A DNA stretch of 64,000 bases from Eledone cirrhosa (lineage: Eukaryota): the NCBI GenBank assembly GCA_964016885.1, contig OZ024766.1, positions 21,452,001-21,516,000 of the forward strand, written 5' to 3'. The position numbers were made by a program, and so were the translations under genes. The notes beneath the pieces were generated by a model, which did no database searches, had not been told where the DNA came from, and saw nothing but the letters and a program-made list of their open reading frames with translations. This document shows, one piece after another, positions 39,857 to 53,452 of this stretch; within the stretch, counting starts at the first letter, position 1, and each line of letters begins with the position of its first letter.

Positions 39857-42035
39857 GCTGTTTGTCAGCATATTGGTGCTGCTGTTGTTGTTGTTGTTGC
39901 TGCTGCAGCTGCTGCTGTAGTAGTTGTTGCAGTTGCAGCAACTGTTGCTGGTCTTGCTGTTCCCTTTGGCGTTCACAGTGCTGCAGCTGGTCGCGCTGTT
40001 GTTGCTGCTGTAGCTGCTGCAGTTGCTGCAGTTGCTGTGGTTGATGATGATGTTGTTGTTGTTCTTTGTGTTGCTGCTGCAGCTGCTGTTGGTCTTTATT
40101 CTGCTGCTGCAGCTGTTGTTGTTGTTGTTCTTTGTGTTGCTGCTGCAGCTGCAGCTGTTGTTCTTTGTGTTGCTGCTGCAGCTGCTGTTGGTCTTTATTC
40201 TGTTGCTGCAGCTGTTGTTGTTGTTGTTGTTTGTGTTGCAGCTGCTGTTGTTGTTGTTGTTGTTGTCGGCCAGCATTGACTGCTGACACACCAAAGCCTG
40301 TATTGAGTGCATTACTGCAGCAGTTGTTGTTGTTGTTGTTGATTGGGGAGTTTAGCTTGTTAATTGCACACTGTTGATCCTCTAAGACCTTTATACCCAC
40401 CCCACCACACCCTTGACACGTGTCTACCCCACCCCTTTCTTTGGTCTCGCCTTCGCCATCCACCCTGGGTACACACCCTTGACTTGTGTCTACCCCACCC
40501 CGTTCCTTCGTCTCCCCTTCGCCATCCACCCTGGGTACACACCCTTGACTTGTGTCTACCCCACCCCGTTCCTTCGTCTCCCCTTCGCCATCCACCCTGG
40601 GTACACACCCTTGACTTGTGTCTACCCCACCCCGTTCCTTCGTCTCCCCTTCGCCATCCACCCTGGGTACACACCCTAGACTTGTGTCTACCCCACCCCG
40701 TTCCTTCGTCTCGCCTTCGCCATCCACCCTGGGTACACACCCTTGACTTGTGTCTACCCCACCCCGTTCCTTCGTCTCCCCTTCGCCATCCACCCTGGGT
40801 ACACACCCTTGACTTGTGTCTACCCCACCCCGTTCCTTCGTCTCCCCTTCGCCATCCACCCTGGGTACACACCCTTGACTTGTGTCTACCCCACCCCGTT
40901 CCTTCGTCTCCCCTTCGCCATCCACCCTGGGTACACACCCTTGACTTGTGTCTACCCCACCCCGTTCCTTCGTCTCCCCTTCGCCATCCACCCTGGGTAC
41001 ACACCCTTGACTTGTGTCTACCCCACCCCGTTCCTTGGTCTCTTCTTCGCCATCCACCCTGGGTACACACCCTTGACTTGTGTCTACCCCACCCCGTTCC
41101 TTCGTCTCCCCTTCGCCATCCACCCTGGGTACACACCCTTGACTTGTGTCTACCCCACCCCGTTCCTTCGTCTCCCCTTCGCCATCCACCCTGGGTACAC
41201 ACCCTTGACTTGTGTCTACCCCACCCCGTTCCTTCGTCTCCCCTTCGCCATCAACCCTGGGTTCGTCTCCCCCACCCCGTTCCTTGGTCTCCCCTTCGCC
41301 ATCCACCCTGGGTTCGTCTCCCCCACCCCGTTCCTTGGTCTCCCCTTCGCCATCCACCCTGGGTTCGTCTCCCCCACCCCGTTCCTTGGTCTCTTCTTCA
41401 CCATCCACCCTGGGTTCGTCTCCCCCACCCCGTTCCTTGGTCTCCCCTTCACCATCCACCCTGGGTTCGTCTCCCCCACCCCGTTCCTTGGTCTCTTCTT
41501 CACCATCCACCCTGGGTTCGTCTCCCCCACCCCGTTCCTTCGTCTCCCCTTCGCCATCAACCCTGGGTTCGTCTCCCCCACCCCTTTCCTTGGTCTCCCC
41601 TTCACCATCCACCCTGGGTTCGTCTCCCCCACCCCGTTCCTTGGTCTCTTCTTCACCATCCACCCTGGGTTCGTCTCCCCCACCCCGTTCCTTGGTCTCT
41701 TCTTCACCATCCACCCTGGGTATGTCCTCCCCACCACCATCCTCCCTGGCTGTATCTACCCAACCCCGATAATTCGCTTCCGAACCCCCATCCACCCTGT
41801 TCCTCACCCAGCCCTCCCCACCACGCTGTCCCCTCACGTCGCCCGCTTCACTGTCCATCTCAGGCTCGCTGTCTCCCTGCTCCCCGTCCTCGGGCTGGTG
41901 CCCCCTGTCCCCGGGGTCCACCTCTTCACAGTGCACCGTACCGTGTAGCCTGATGGCCACTCTGCCCCTTACAGTGATCACCACAGGGTCACCGTCCACC
42001 TCGGGTACATCAGTGGGAGGCACGACATTCACCAT
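38977..42035 (-). CDS. TIFA: TIFA-like FHA-domain protein with repeat-rich/polyQ N-terminus (main exon)
   Basis: 1020-aa ORF. Its C-terminal VTFGRGYDCDVVLNDECMSRSYA...FKLRNLSSVKEVVVDG...SLQQEPTW carries FHA GR/SR/N motifs and aligns by eye to TIFA. The apparent stop overlaps a TG|GTAAGT donor, so the gene probably continues. Confidence 0.72.
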
Positions 42036-42179
42036 AGTACTACTGCTGCTGCTGCTACTACTGAGTGTGTGTGTGTGTCCCCTTCACAACACACCACCAC
42101 TAACTCCCCCTGGTGGTGCTCAGGACAAACGTGCGTCTAATGGTCGAATACTTTGACAGGTAGATAGAGACAGCTCAGG

Positions 42180-43153
42180 TGTAGATAGCTCAGATAACGA
42201 GCTCAAGTAGACAGAGTCAGCTCAAGTAGACAGAGTCAGCTCAAGTAGACAGAGTCAGCTCAAGTAGACAGAGAGAGAGTTAAGGTAGATAGAGTCAGCT
42301 CAAGTAGACAGAGTCAGCTCAAGTAGACAGAGTCAGCTCAAGTAGACAGAGTCAGCTCAGGTAGAGAGAGTCAGCTCAAGTAGACAGAGAGAGAGTTAAG
42401 GTAGATAGAGTCAGCTCAAGTAGACAGAGTCAGCTCAAGTAGACAGAGTCAGCTCAAGTAGACAGAGAGAGAGTTAAGGTAGATAGAGTCAGCTCAAGTA
42501 GACAGAGTCAGCTCAAGTAGACAGAGTCAGCTCAAGTAGACAGAGTCAGCTCAAGTAGAGAGAGTCAGCTCAAGTAGACAGAGTCAGCTCAAGTAGACAG
42601 AGAGAGAGTTAAGGTAGATAGAGTCAGCTCAAGTAGACAGAGTCAGCTCAAGTAGACAGAGTCAGCTCAGGTAGAGAGAGTCAGCTCAAGTAGACAGAGT
42701 CAGCTCAAGTAGACAGAGTCAGCTCAAGTAGACAGAGAGAGAGTTAAGGTAGATAGAGTCAGCTCAAGTAGACAGAGTCAGCTCAAGTAGACAGAGAGAG
42801 AGTTAAGGTAGATAGAGTCAGCTCAAGTAGACAGAGTCAGCTCAAGTAGACAGAGTCAGCTCAGGTAGAGAGAGTCAGCTCAAGTAGACAGAGAGAGAGA
42901 GCTGAGGTAGAGAGAGTCAGCTCAAGTAGACAGAGAGAGAGTTAAGGTAGATAGAGTCAGCTCAAGTAGACAGAGTCAGCTCAAGTAGACAGAGAGAGAG
43001 TTAAGGTAGACAGAGTCAGCTCAAGTAGACAGAGTCAGCTCAGGTAGAGAGAGTCAGCTCAAGTAGACAGAGAGAGAGAGCTGAGGTAGATAGAGTCAGC
43101 TCAAGTAGACAGAGAGAGAGCTGAGGTAGAGAGAGAGAGAGAGAGCTCAGGTA
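42180..43153. repeat. 19-bp minisatellite just upstream of the TIFA-like start codon
   Basis: gtagacagagtcagctcaa repeated about 50 times. Confidence 0.92.
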
Positions 43154-43383
43154 GAAGGCCCCTTAGCCGATTGAGCAACAGCGATGACAAGTCTTCTGCA
43201 AATTCTCCAAGGTTCAAGGAATTCCTACAAAAGAAAAGAAGAAGAAAACATTATGAGCTATGTATAGTTCCCCTACCATATCCCCCTAACACCCAGTCCA
43301 CTCTGTAAAGTGGTCATGTAGGTGTCACAACAAACAGCACCCAGTCCACTCTGTATATATCCATGCATGTATATATACATGTG

Positions 43384-43419
<36 letters not shown>

Positions 43420-43479
43420 CATATATACATGTATATACATATATATATATGTATATACATATATACATGTATATATATG

Positions 43480-43510
<31 letters not shown>

Positions 43511-43770
43511 ATATATATATATACATGTATATATATATATATATACATGTGTATATATATATACACATGTGTATATATATATATACATGTATATATATAC
43601 ATATATATATATGTATATACATGTATATATATATGTATATATATATATATACATGTATATATATATATATATATATACATGTATATATATATATACATAT
43701 ACATATATATATATATATACATATACACATATATATATATATACATATACATATATATATATACATATAC

Positions 43771-43802
<32 letters not shown>

Positions 43803-44376
43803 ACATATACACATATATATATATACATATACATATATATACATATACATATATATACATATACATATATATATATATATACATACATACATATATATAT
43901 ATACATACATATATATATATATACATACATATATATATATACATATATATATATACATACATACATATATATATATTATTCATATATATACATATATGTA
44001 TATATACACACATACATGTATATATACATACATGTATATATACATGCATCCATACATGTACTATATATAGAATGTAAAAACCTCAAACGGCTGCACCAAA
44101 TGGTTTTGAGTTACAAAAGAGCACCTAAAACCTTTTGGTGTATCAGGCGGGTGTTTAACACATACACACATATATATATATATACATATATATACATACA
44201 TACATACATATATATATATATATATCTGTGTGTGATGCAATAATGATTTTTTGTTCCCTTTATATATATATGTATATATAAAAAAGAAGAAATTAAAAGA
44301 TGGTTAAAAAAGTTACACATATATATACACACATATATACACACATATACACACATACGTAAACACACACATATAT

Positions 44377-44409
<33 letters not shown>

Positions 44410-44692
44410 AAGAAAATTAAAAGATGGTTAAAAAAGTTACACACATATATATATATATACACACACACATATATATACACATATATATACACACACACAT
44501 ATATATACACATACACACACACACACATATACACATACATACACACATATATATATATATATACACACACACATATATACACACACACATACATACATAC
44601 ACACACACACACACATATATACACATACATACACACACACACACACATATATACACATACATACACACACACATATATACACATATACACAC

Positions 44693-44737
<45 letters not shown>

Positions 44738-44852
44738 TACACATACACACACACACATATATACACATACATACACACATATATACACATACATACACAT
44801 ATATATATATATAAGAAGAAATTAAAAGATGGTTAAAAAAGGTCCATATATG

Positions 44853-44917
44853 GTGTTATGCACATTTCGAAAACAACATCATCCTGGGACAAAAATTGCC
44901 TTCTCATCAGATAAAAT
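44853..44917 (-). ncRNA. Degenerate hammerhead (family F) near the centre of a large inverted repeat
   Basis: CTGATGA-gaaggcaa..ttgttttc-GAAA-tgtgcATA; stem I pairing poor. Confidence 0.45.
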
Positions 44918-45157
44918 AAAGTAACATGATATGAGGCCTAAAAACACTTGTCAACAACAAAGTGTCCATTAACACAATTTTTGTCCCAGGATGATGTTGT
45001 TTTCGAAATGTGCATAACACCATATATGAACCTTTTTTAACCATCTTTTAATTTCTTCTTATATATATATATATGTGTATGTATGTGTATATATGTGTGT
45101 ATGTATGTGTATATATGTGTGTATGTATGTGTATATATGTGTGTGTGTGTGTATATA

Positions 45158-45190
<33 letters not shown>

Positions 45191-45315
45191 GTGTGTGTGT
45201 ATATATGTGTGTGTGTATATATATATATATATATGTGTGTATGTATGTGTATATGTATGTATGTGTGTGTGTGTATGTGTATATATATATGTGTGTGTGT
45301 ATATATATGTGTATA

Positions 45316-45346
<31 letters not shown>

Positions 45347-45381
45347 GTGTGTAACTTTTTTAACCATCTTTTAATTTTCTT

Positions 45382-45414
<33 letters not shown>

Positions 45415-45600
45415 ATATATGTGTGTGTTTACGTATGTGTGTATATGTGTGTATATATGTGTGTATATATATGTGTAACTTTTTTAACCATCTTTTAATT
45501 TCTTCTTATATATATATATATGTATGTGTATATATGTGTGTGTTTACGTATGTGTGTATATATATATGTGTAACTTTTTTAACCATCTTTTAATTTTCTT

Positions 45601-45641
<41 letters not shown>

Positions 45642-45983
45642 TAGATATAGATAGGTAAATATACACGGGTGTGTATGATTGTGTATAGAAGATTATATTA
45701 ATAAGAGGAATTCCAACTTTGTCTGATTTACTCGTTTTATTTACAATCCTTTAAAATATATAATGGTATTATAATGAAATAGTATGATAGAATATTAAAT
45801 TCTAAGTGTTAATTAACACTTAGAATTTAATATTCTATCATACTATTTCATTATAATACCATTATATATTTTAAAGGATTGTAAATAAAAGGAGTAAATC
45901 AGACAAAGTTGGAATTCCTCTTATTAATATAATCTTCTATACACAATCATACACACCCGTGTATATTTACCTATCTATATCTA

Positions 45984-46018
<35 letters not shown>

Positions 46019-46099
46019 AAGAAAATTAAAAGATGGTTAAAAAAGTTACACATATATATACACACATATATATATATATACACACACACACATATATAT

Positions 46100-46130
<31 letters not shown>

Positions 46131-46220
46131 CATATACACATATATACACACACATATATATATATATGTATATATATAAAGAAGAAAATTAAAAGATGGT
46201 TAAAAAAGTTACACACATAT

Positions 46221-46284
<64 letters not shown>

Positions 46285-46394
46285 ATATATGTGTGTGTGT
46301 ATATATATATATGTGTGTATGTATGTGTATATATGTGTGTATGTATGTGTATATATGTGTGTAACTTTTTTAACCATCTTTTAATTTTCTTCTT

Positions 46395-46427
<33 letters not shown>

Positions 46428-46714
46428 ATATATATGTGTGTGTGTATATATATATATATGTGTGTGTATGTATGTGTATATATATGTGTGTGTGTGTGTA
46501 TATATCTGTGTGTGTATATATATATATGTGTGTGTATGTATGTGTATATATGTGTGTATATATGTGTATATATGTATATATGTGTGTATATATGTATGTG
46601 TATGTATACCACAACAACCACCATAACCACTACCACCACTACAACACTAACACCACAATCACAACGCCACTGTTTAAATGAAAACTTTAAAAACTTACCT
46701 TTTTAATATCCGAT

Positions 46715-47682
46715 TAACACAACCAATTAACACAACCAATCCAGTATTAATAACAACGAGTCCTCTGGTACCTTGTAAATAACAGAAATGATTAAAGTTT
46801 TGATTTGTGTTCGGGGCACCTGTTACTTGTATTAATCCAGTGGTGAGATAACATTTTAACTAATTACTTTCTTAGTTAGCAACTGGATTAATTAGCAAAA
46901 TCTATCCAGTGTTTAATAATTCTTTGTTGTCTGGTAAATAACAGAAATACGATGGTTAAAGTTTCGATTCGTGTTAGAAGTTCCAATTTCTTGAAACTTC
47001 CACTCTCTCTCTCTAAATCTTTTTACGTAATGACTCGAAGTAGTGGTAATTTCTTTGTTAATTAATTAGTGAAATTAATTAGTTTCCCTAATTAACACAA
47101 CCAATCCAGTATTAATAACAACGAGTCCTCTGGTACCTTGTAAATAACAGAAATGATTAAAGTTTTGATTTGTGTTCGGGGCACCTGTTACTTGTATTAA
47201 TCCAGTGGTGAGATAACATTTTAACTAATTACTTTCTTAGTTAGTAACTGGATTAATTAGCAAAATCTATCCAGTGTTTAATAATTCTTTGTTGTCTGGT
47301 AAATAACAGAAATACGATGGTTAAAGTTTCGATTCGTGTTAGAAGTTCCAATTTCTTGAAACTTCCACTCTCTCTCTCTAAATCTTTTTACGTAATGACT
47401 CGAAGTAGTGGTAATTTCTTTGTTAATTAATTAGTGAAATTAATTAGTTTCCCTAATTAACACAACCAATCCAGTATTAATAACAACGAGTCCTCTGGTA
47501 CCTTGTAAATAACAGAAATGATTAAAGTTTTGATTTGTGTTCGGGGCACCTGTTACTTGTATTAATCCAGTGGTGAGATAACATTTTAACTAATTACTTT
47601 CTTAATTAGCAAAATCTATCCAGTGTTTAATAATTCTTTGTTGTCTGGTAAATAACAGAAATACGATGGTTAAAGTTTCGAT
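46715..47682. repeat. 365-bp tandem repeat (~2.6 copies)
   Basis: Unit starts at ~46726, ~47091 and ~47456. Confidence 0.88.
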
Positions 47683-47951
47683 TAGTTATAGGAGTACATG
47701 CTTAAATTAATCCAGTGATGGTGTAAATTACAACACTAATTAGCAATTAATTAACACAGCCTATCCAGTATTGACAAGTCCTTGGGTTTCTTGTATATAT
47801 AACGGGGTTAATAGTTAGGTCAGATTTCGAGGTAGCTGTGTGTAGATATTTGTAGTGGTTCGGTCGTAACTTAGTTAATTTCTGTTGTGTTAGCAGACAC
47901 TGTCAGGCTTAATTTTTTTCAGTTTGAGAGGAAATATGCGGAAATGGTTGT

Positions 47952-47982
<31 letters not shown>

Positions 47983-48063
47983 CTGTGGGCGTGAGAGAGA
48001 TAGAGGTAGTGTGTGAGTGATAGAGTGAGGTGTTTGTGTGTGTGACAGAGAGTGAGGTGTTTG

Positions 48064-48092
48064 TGAGTCAGAAGGGCTGCGCGGAATTTCCC
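48064..48092. promoter_or_regulatory. AP-1 (TGAGTCA, 48064-48070) and NF-kB (GGGAAATTCC on -, 48083-48092) motifs
   Basis: Exact consensus matches 12 bp apart, upstream of the minus-strand TIFA-like gene. Confidence 0.45.
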
Positions 48093-48299
48093 ACTCCTTT
48101 GTCATAACTTGTAGACGACCAACATATATTATACAAACATATAACATGACTCTTGTATATATATATATATATATAAAAACCTACTACAGTCAGTAGGCAT
48201 CTCTATCAAAACACCCCCCCCCCCCGTCCCACCACCTCCACCCCATCCACACCGCCCCTTTCAATGTAAAGTTATGTTGGTCCCACAACATCCAGGCCG

Positions 48300-48795
48300 A
48301 AACAAATGAGATCGTGTAGGTGTCACGACAAAAAAACACACAGTCCACGCTGTAAATGTGGCCGTGTAGGCAACACGGTAAAAACCTCCCAGCCCCACAC
48401 TGTAAATGTGGTTGGTGTTAGGAAGGGCATCCAGCCGTAGAAAACCCGCCAGATAGTCCACGCTGTAATGTGGCCGTGTAGGCAACACGGTAAAAACCTC
48501 CCAGCCCCACACTGTAAATGTGGTTGGTGTTAGGAAGGGCATCCAGCTGTAGAAAACCCGCCAGACAGTCCACGCTGTAATGTGGCCGTGTAGGCAACAC
48601 GGTAAAAACCTCCCAGCCCCACACTGTAAATGTGGTTGGTGTTAGGAAGGGCATCCAACTGTAGAAAACCCGCCAGACAGTCCTATGCGAGCAAGACAAC
48701 CACTCTTGCCTCAAGTGGGAAAACCCCCGTCCAAACCCATGCAAGCGTGGAACAGGGACGTTAAACGATGATGATGATGATGATGATGATGATGA
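48300..48795 (+). mobile_element. Related SINE with ~110-bp internal triplication
   Basis: gttggtgttaggaagggcatccag core; aacccatgcaagcgtggaa..gacgttaaacgatgatg tail. Confidence 0.7.
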
Positions 48796-48906
48796 TATAT
48801 ATATATAATAATAATAATAAATGTGAAGACTAAAATCCAAAGAGGGCTCGATAAGGATAAATATATAAGAACCCTAGAGCAAATATTTATTAAAATAGCA
48901 GATTAA

Positions 48907-48942
<36 letters not shown>

Positions 48943-49099
48943 TATACGATATTAATAAATGGAAACTATATTTATAAAACCATATTTATTTCATTATACA
49001 TATTTCAGGGATACCAAATTAAAATATGGAAGCTTCCAAAAATAATGGTCGCATCTAATAGGGTACATCAAAATTATTTATAAAACTGTTTATATATTG

Positions 49100-49164
49100 T
49101 ATTTTGTCTGATGAAGGCATACCATATTTTAATTTGGTATCCCTGAAATATGTATAATGAAATA
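49100..49164 (+). ncRNA. Minimal hammerhead ribozyme (family C variant)
   Basis: tattttgt-CTGATGA-aggcatacca..tggtatccct-GAAA-tatgtATA-atgaaata; partial inverted copy at ~48945-49030. Confidence 0.7.
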
Positions 49165-49396
49165 AATATGGTTTTATAAATATAGTTTCCATTTATTTAA
49201 TATCGTATATCTACTCCAAATACTTGTCGAGTGCTTTATATCAGTTATAAATATTTACTCGTTGTAACCCAACAATTTTAAATAGAACTTTTACATATAT
49301 ATATATATATATATATACACACAAATATGTATATGTATATGTATATGTATATATATATATACACACATACACATACATATATATATATATACACAT

Positions 49397-49521
<125 letters not shown>

Positions 49522-49736
49522 CATATATATATGTATATACTTATATATATATATAAATATACATATATATAAATATGCTTGTTGGGGGATTACCACATTA
49601 TAGAATTTCAAATAACATTGTTTGTGTATATATATATATATACATATATGCACATGCGTGTACACACACACATAAATATACGCCTACACACATATATATC
49701 TATCTGTCTATCTAGGACAAGTAAAATTCCTGAGAT

Positions 49737-49819
<83 letters not shown>

Positions 49820-49827
49820 ATGTGTGT

Positions 49828-50815
49828 GTAGAGAGCTTCTGAAGTGACCTTGTCCTCGTCCAATTAACACAGTCAAGACCAGCTCACTGAGCCACTTGCC
49901 AGTCATAAGTCTCATGATGTGGTTCTGGAATGTAGAGGGCTTCTGAAGTGACCTTGTCCTCGTCCAATTAACACAGTCAAGACCAGCTCACTGAGCCACT
50001 TGCCAGTCATAAGTCTCATGATGTGGTTCTGGAATGTAGAGGGCTTCTGAAGTGACCTTGTCCTCGTCCAATTAACACAGTCAAGACCAGCTCACTGAGC
50101 CACTTGCCAGTCATAAGTCTCATGATGTGGTTCTGGAATGTAGAGGGCTTCTGAAGTGACCTTGTCCTCGTCCAATTAACACAGTCAAGACCAGCTCACT
50201 GAGCCACTTGCCAGTCATAAGTCTCATGATGTGGTTCTGGAATGTAGAGGGCTTCTGAAGTGACCTTGTCCTCGTCCAATTAACACAGTCAAGACCAGCT
50301 CACTGAGCCACTTGCCAGTCATAAGTCTCATGATGTGGTTCTGGAATGTAGAGGGCTTCTGAAGTGACCTTGTCCTCGTCCAATTAACACAGTCAAGACC
50401 AGCTCACTGAGCCACTGGCCAGTCATAAGTCTCATGATGTGATTCTGGGATATAGAGGGCTTCTGAAGTGACCTTGTCCTCGTCCAATTAACACAGTCAA
50501 GACCAGCTCACTGAGCCACTTGCCAGTCATAAGTCTCATGATGTGATTCTGGGATATAGAGGGCTTCTGAAGTGACCTTGTCCTCGTCCAATTAACACAG
50601 TCAATACCTGCTCACTGAGCTGCTGGCCAGTCATAAGTCTCATGATGTGGTTCTGGGATGTAGAGAGCTTCTGAAGTGACCTTGTCCTCGTCCAATTAAC
50701 ACAGTCAAGGCCTGCTCACTGAGCCGCTGGCCAGTCATAAGTCTCATGATGTGGTTCTGGGATGTAGAGAGCTTCTGAAGTGACCTTGTCCTCGTCCAAT
50801 TAACACAGTCAAGAC
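49828..50815. repeat. 104-bp minisatellite (~9 copies), possibly LINE-derived
   Basis: gaagtgaccttgtcctcgtccaattaac unit at 49841, 49945 and onward. Confidence 0.88.
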
Positions 50816-50974
50816 TTATAACACAACTGGTAAGATGTAAGTATTGAAGATCTTAGCCTTCAAATGATAGGAAACTAGTTTTGATGTTAGTACTTCCTTG
50901 TTCCTGTTGAAAGCTGCCCAACCTAGAGCGAAATTGTACTGCGCAGCAACTATTCCATTGCTATTTGATGCTAG

Positions 50975-51526
50975 TTTGTGACCGAGATATACAAACTATA
51001 CGGTCATATAAAAACATCAACTTGTGGTGTGAGTAGGTTATGCCTGGAAGGAAGGTTGGCTGGTCAGAGAAGCAGAGGCTGGCAGCCAAAGCGATGGCTT
51101 GATAATGTCAACTTATGGACTGGACTTGATCTCTGCTCTTTAAACTCTGCTGTTGGTGATCTAAAGGTATTATATATTCCTGGAAAGAAGGTTGGCTGGT
51201 AAGAGAAGCAGAGGCTGGCAGCCAAAACGATGGCTTGATAATGTCAACTTATGGACTGGACTTGATCTTTGCTCTTTAAACTCTGCTGTTGGTGATCTAA
51301 AGGTATTATATATTCCCGGAAGGACGGTTGACTGGTAAGAGAAGCAGAGGCTGGCAGCCAAAACGATGGCTTGATAATGTCAACTTATGGACTGGACTTG
51401 ATCTTTGCTCTTTAAACTCTGCTGTTGGTGATCTAAAGGTATTATATATTCCTGGAAGGAAGGTTGGCTGGTAAGAGAAGCAGAGGCTGGCAGCCAAAAC
51501 GATGGCTTGATAATGTCAACTTATGG
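50975..51526 (+). mobile_element. RTE-like LINE 3' fragment with 136-bp tandem copies
   Basis: LYGHI...LEGRLAGQRSRGWQPKRWLDNV. Confidence 0.7.
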
Positions 51527-52085
51527 GTTAAATTATGTTCTATTAGAAATCTGGTAATGAAAGGGTTAAAGTGTTTATATTTATCTAAAAAAAAAAAAAA
51601 ACCTTCCATCATAATTTTACACAAGAACCTATATAAAGTTACGTCCCAAACCAGCATATAGAGTCACATTGAGTCACCTTCATTAGTGTCCAATGATATT
51701 ACTCTATATAAACATTACCTGCCCCTAAATATCAAAGGTGAATGACTCACAGGTGAGATAGACTGATACAAAACAAGGTTTTGTCACATTTAAACAATTA
51801 TATATGAACTGATTAAATTTGACAAAATATGGCCATTGACTCTTGCCTCAAGTGGGAAAACCCCCGTCCAAACCCATGCAAGCGTGGAATATGGACGCTA
51901 AACCTGATGATGATGATGATGGATTCATAGATTTTGTGTTCTTTGGAAGTGAATATACAATAGTTAAAGGCTTACATTATGGTCATAGTATATATATATG
52001 CAGTATACACACTGTACAAGTGTGTTTACTGTATATATAGTATATATATAGGTTAAATATATATATTTGTGTGTGTGTATATATA

Positions 52086-52504
52086 TGTGTTGTTTCCTTG
52101 AGCAAGACACTTTATTTCACATTGCTCCGCTTTACTCAGCTGTAGAAATGAGATGATAGGGACTGGGGTCCCTATCATTCCACTGTAAAGTGGTCGTGAA
52201 GGCACCACAGCAAAAAAGCACCCAGCACTCACTGTAAAGTGGTCGTAGAGGTGCCATGGCAAAAAAGCACCCAGCACTCACTGTAAAGTGGTCGTGGAGG
52301 TGCCACGGCAAAAAAAGCACCCAGCACTCATGTAAAGTGGTCGTGGAGGTGCCACGGCAAAAAAAGCACCCAGCACTCACTGTAAATGAGGTTGGTGTTA
52401 GGAAGGGCATCCAGCTGTAGAAAACAAGCCAGAATCAGTTCCCGTCCCACCCTTGCAAGCAGGGAAATAAGCAGGCGTAAAATGATGATGATGATGATGA
52501 TGAT
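52086..52504 (+). mobile_element. SINE copy, 5'-truncated
   Basis: Same body and RTE-type tail. Confidence 0.82.
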
Positions 52505-52744
52505 ATTTATGAAAAGATTCATAAATAAAATTAAATTTCATTTAAACAAAATAAATATGGAAGATTGCTTACCAGATATTCTTCACTCGACGTGTTCCTT
52601 GCAAGGTATATGGTAATAATCCAGATAGAAAGGCTATGGTACAACTCCCAGGAGAAGATCACAGAATATTTATAATAATAATAAGTATGGTTACAGGAAA
52701 AACAGGAAGAATTTGGTGATAAGGAGAAATTTATTGAGAGTTAA

Positions 52745-52853
52745 TCCTTTAACATGTGTTTCTGTACAATAATTGTCTACATGTGCTGACTACATAATCC
52801 TTTGCTCAGTTGTATGAATTATGTAATAAATGATTGCACTTCATCAGAAAGAG
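52745..52853 (-). ncRNA. Hammerhead ribozyme with long stem II insertion (family E)
   Basis: Reverse strand tcttt-CTGATGA-a-gtgcaat..(long insert)..attgtac-a-GAAA-cacat-GTT-aaagg. Confidence 0.55.
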
Positions 52854-53114
52854 AGAGAAAATTGTTATAGTCCAAGGTGATGTTGTCGCATTTTTACAAT
52901 AAGTATTACCGTATTTCCCAGCAGAGTTAAAGTTATATATAGGGGTGTATGGGTGTTAGGTAATTCCGAAGGAAAAGCAAAAGAAAAAAGAGTGCTATTT
53001 AATTAGAAACAGAGCTAATATATATATATATATATATTTATATATTAAAATAACAGATTAAAGTTTAAGCAAAGAATTGCTGCTTTCTTCTTTAGTCTTC
53101 AAATTTATTATTAT

Positions 53115-53149
<35 letters not shown>

Positions 53150-53151
<2 letters not shown>

Positions 53152-53411
53152 AAGGCGCTTGGCTTAGTGATTAGATCATTGGGCTTGCAATCGAAAGGTT
53201 GTGAGTTCAATTCCCAGACCGGGTGATGTGTTGTTTCCTTGAGCAAGATGCTTTATTTCACGTTGCTCCAGTTTACTCAGCTGTAGAAATGAGTACCTGC
53301 CTGCCCGCCCAGCCAGTGGGATGGCGTTATCTTATGGCTAAAACAGCAGGACGTGCTGTGACCAGAGGCACCGATTGGCGCCCGACAGACTGGTTGGTCA
53401 AGGTGATCAAG

Positions 53412-53413
<2 letters not shown>
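53150..53413 (+). mobile_element. SINE with the same tRNA-like head but a different 3' body
   Basis: ggcttagtgattagatc...gagttcaattcccagaccggg head; diverges after gaaatgag. Confidence 0.7.
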
Positions 53414-53452
<39 letters not shown>

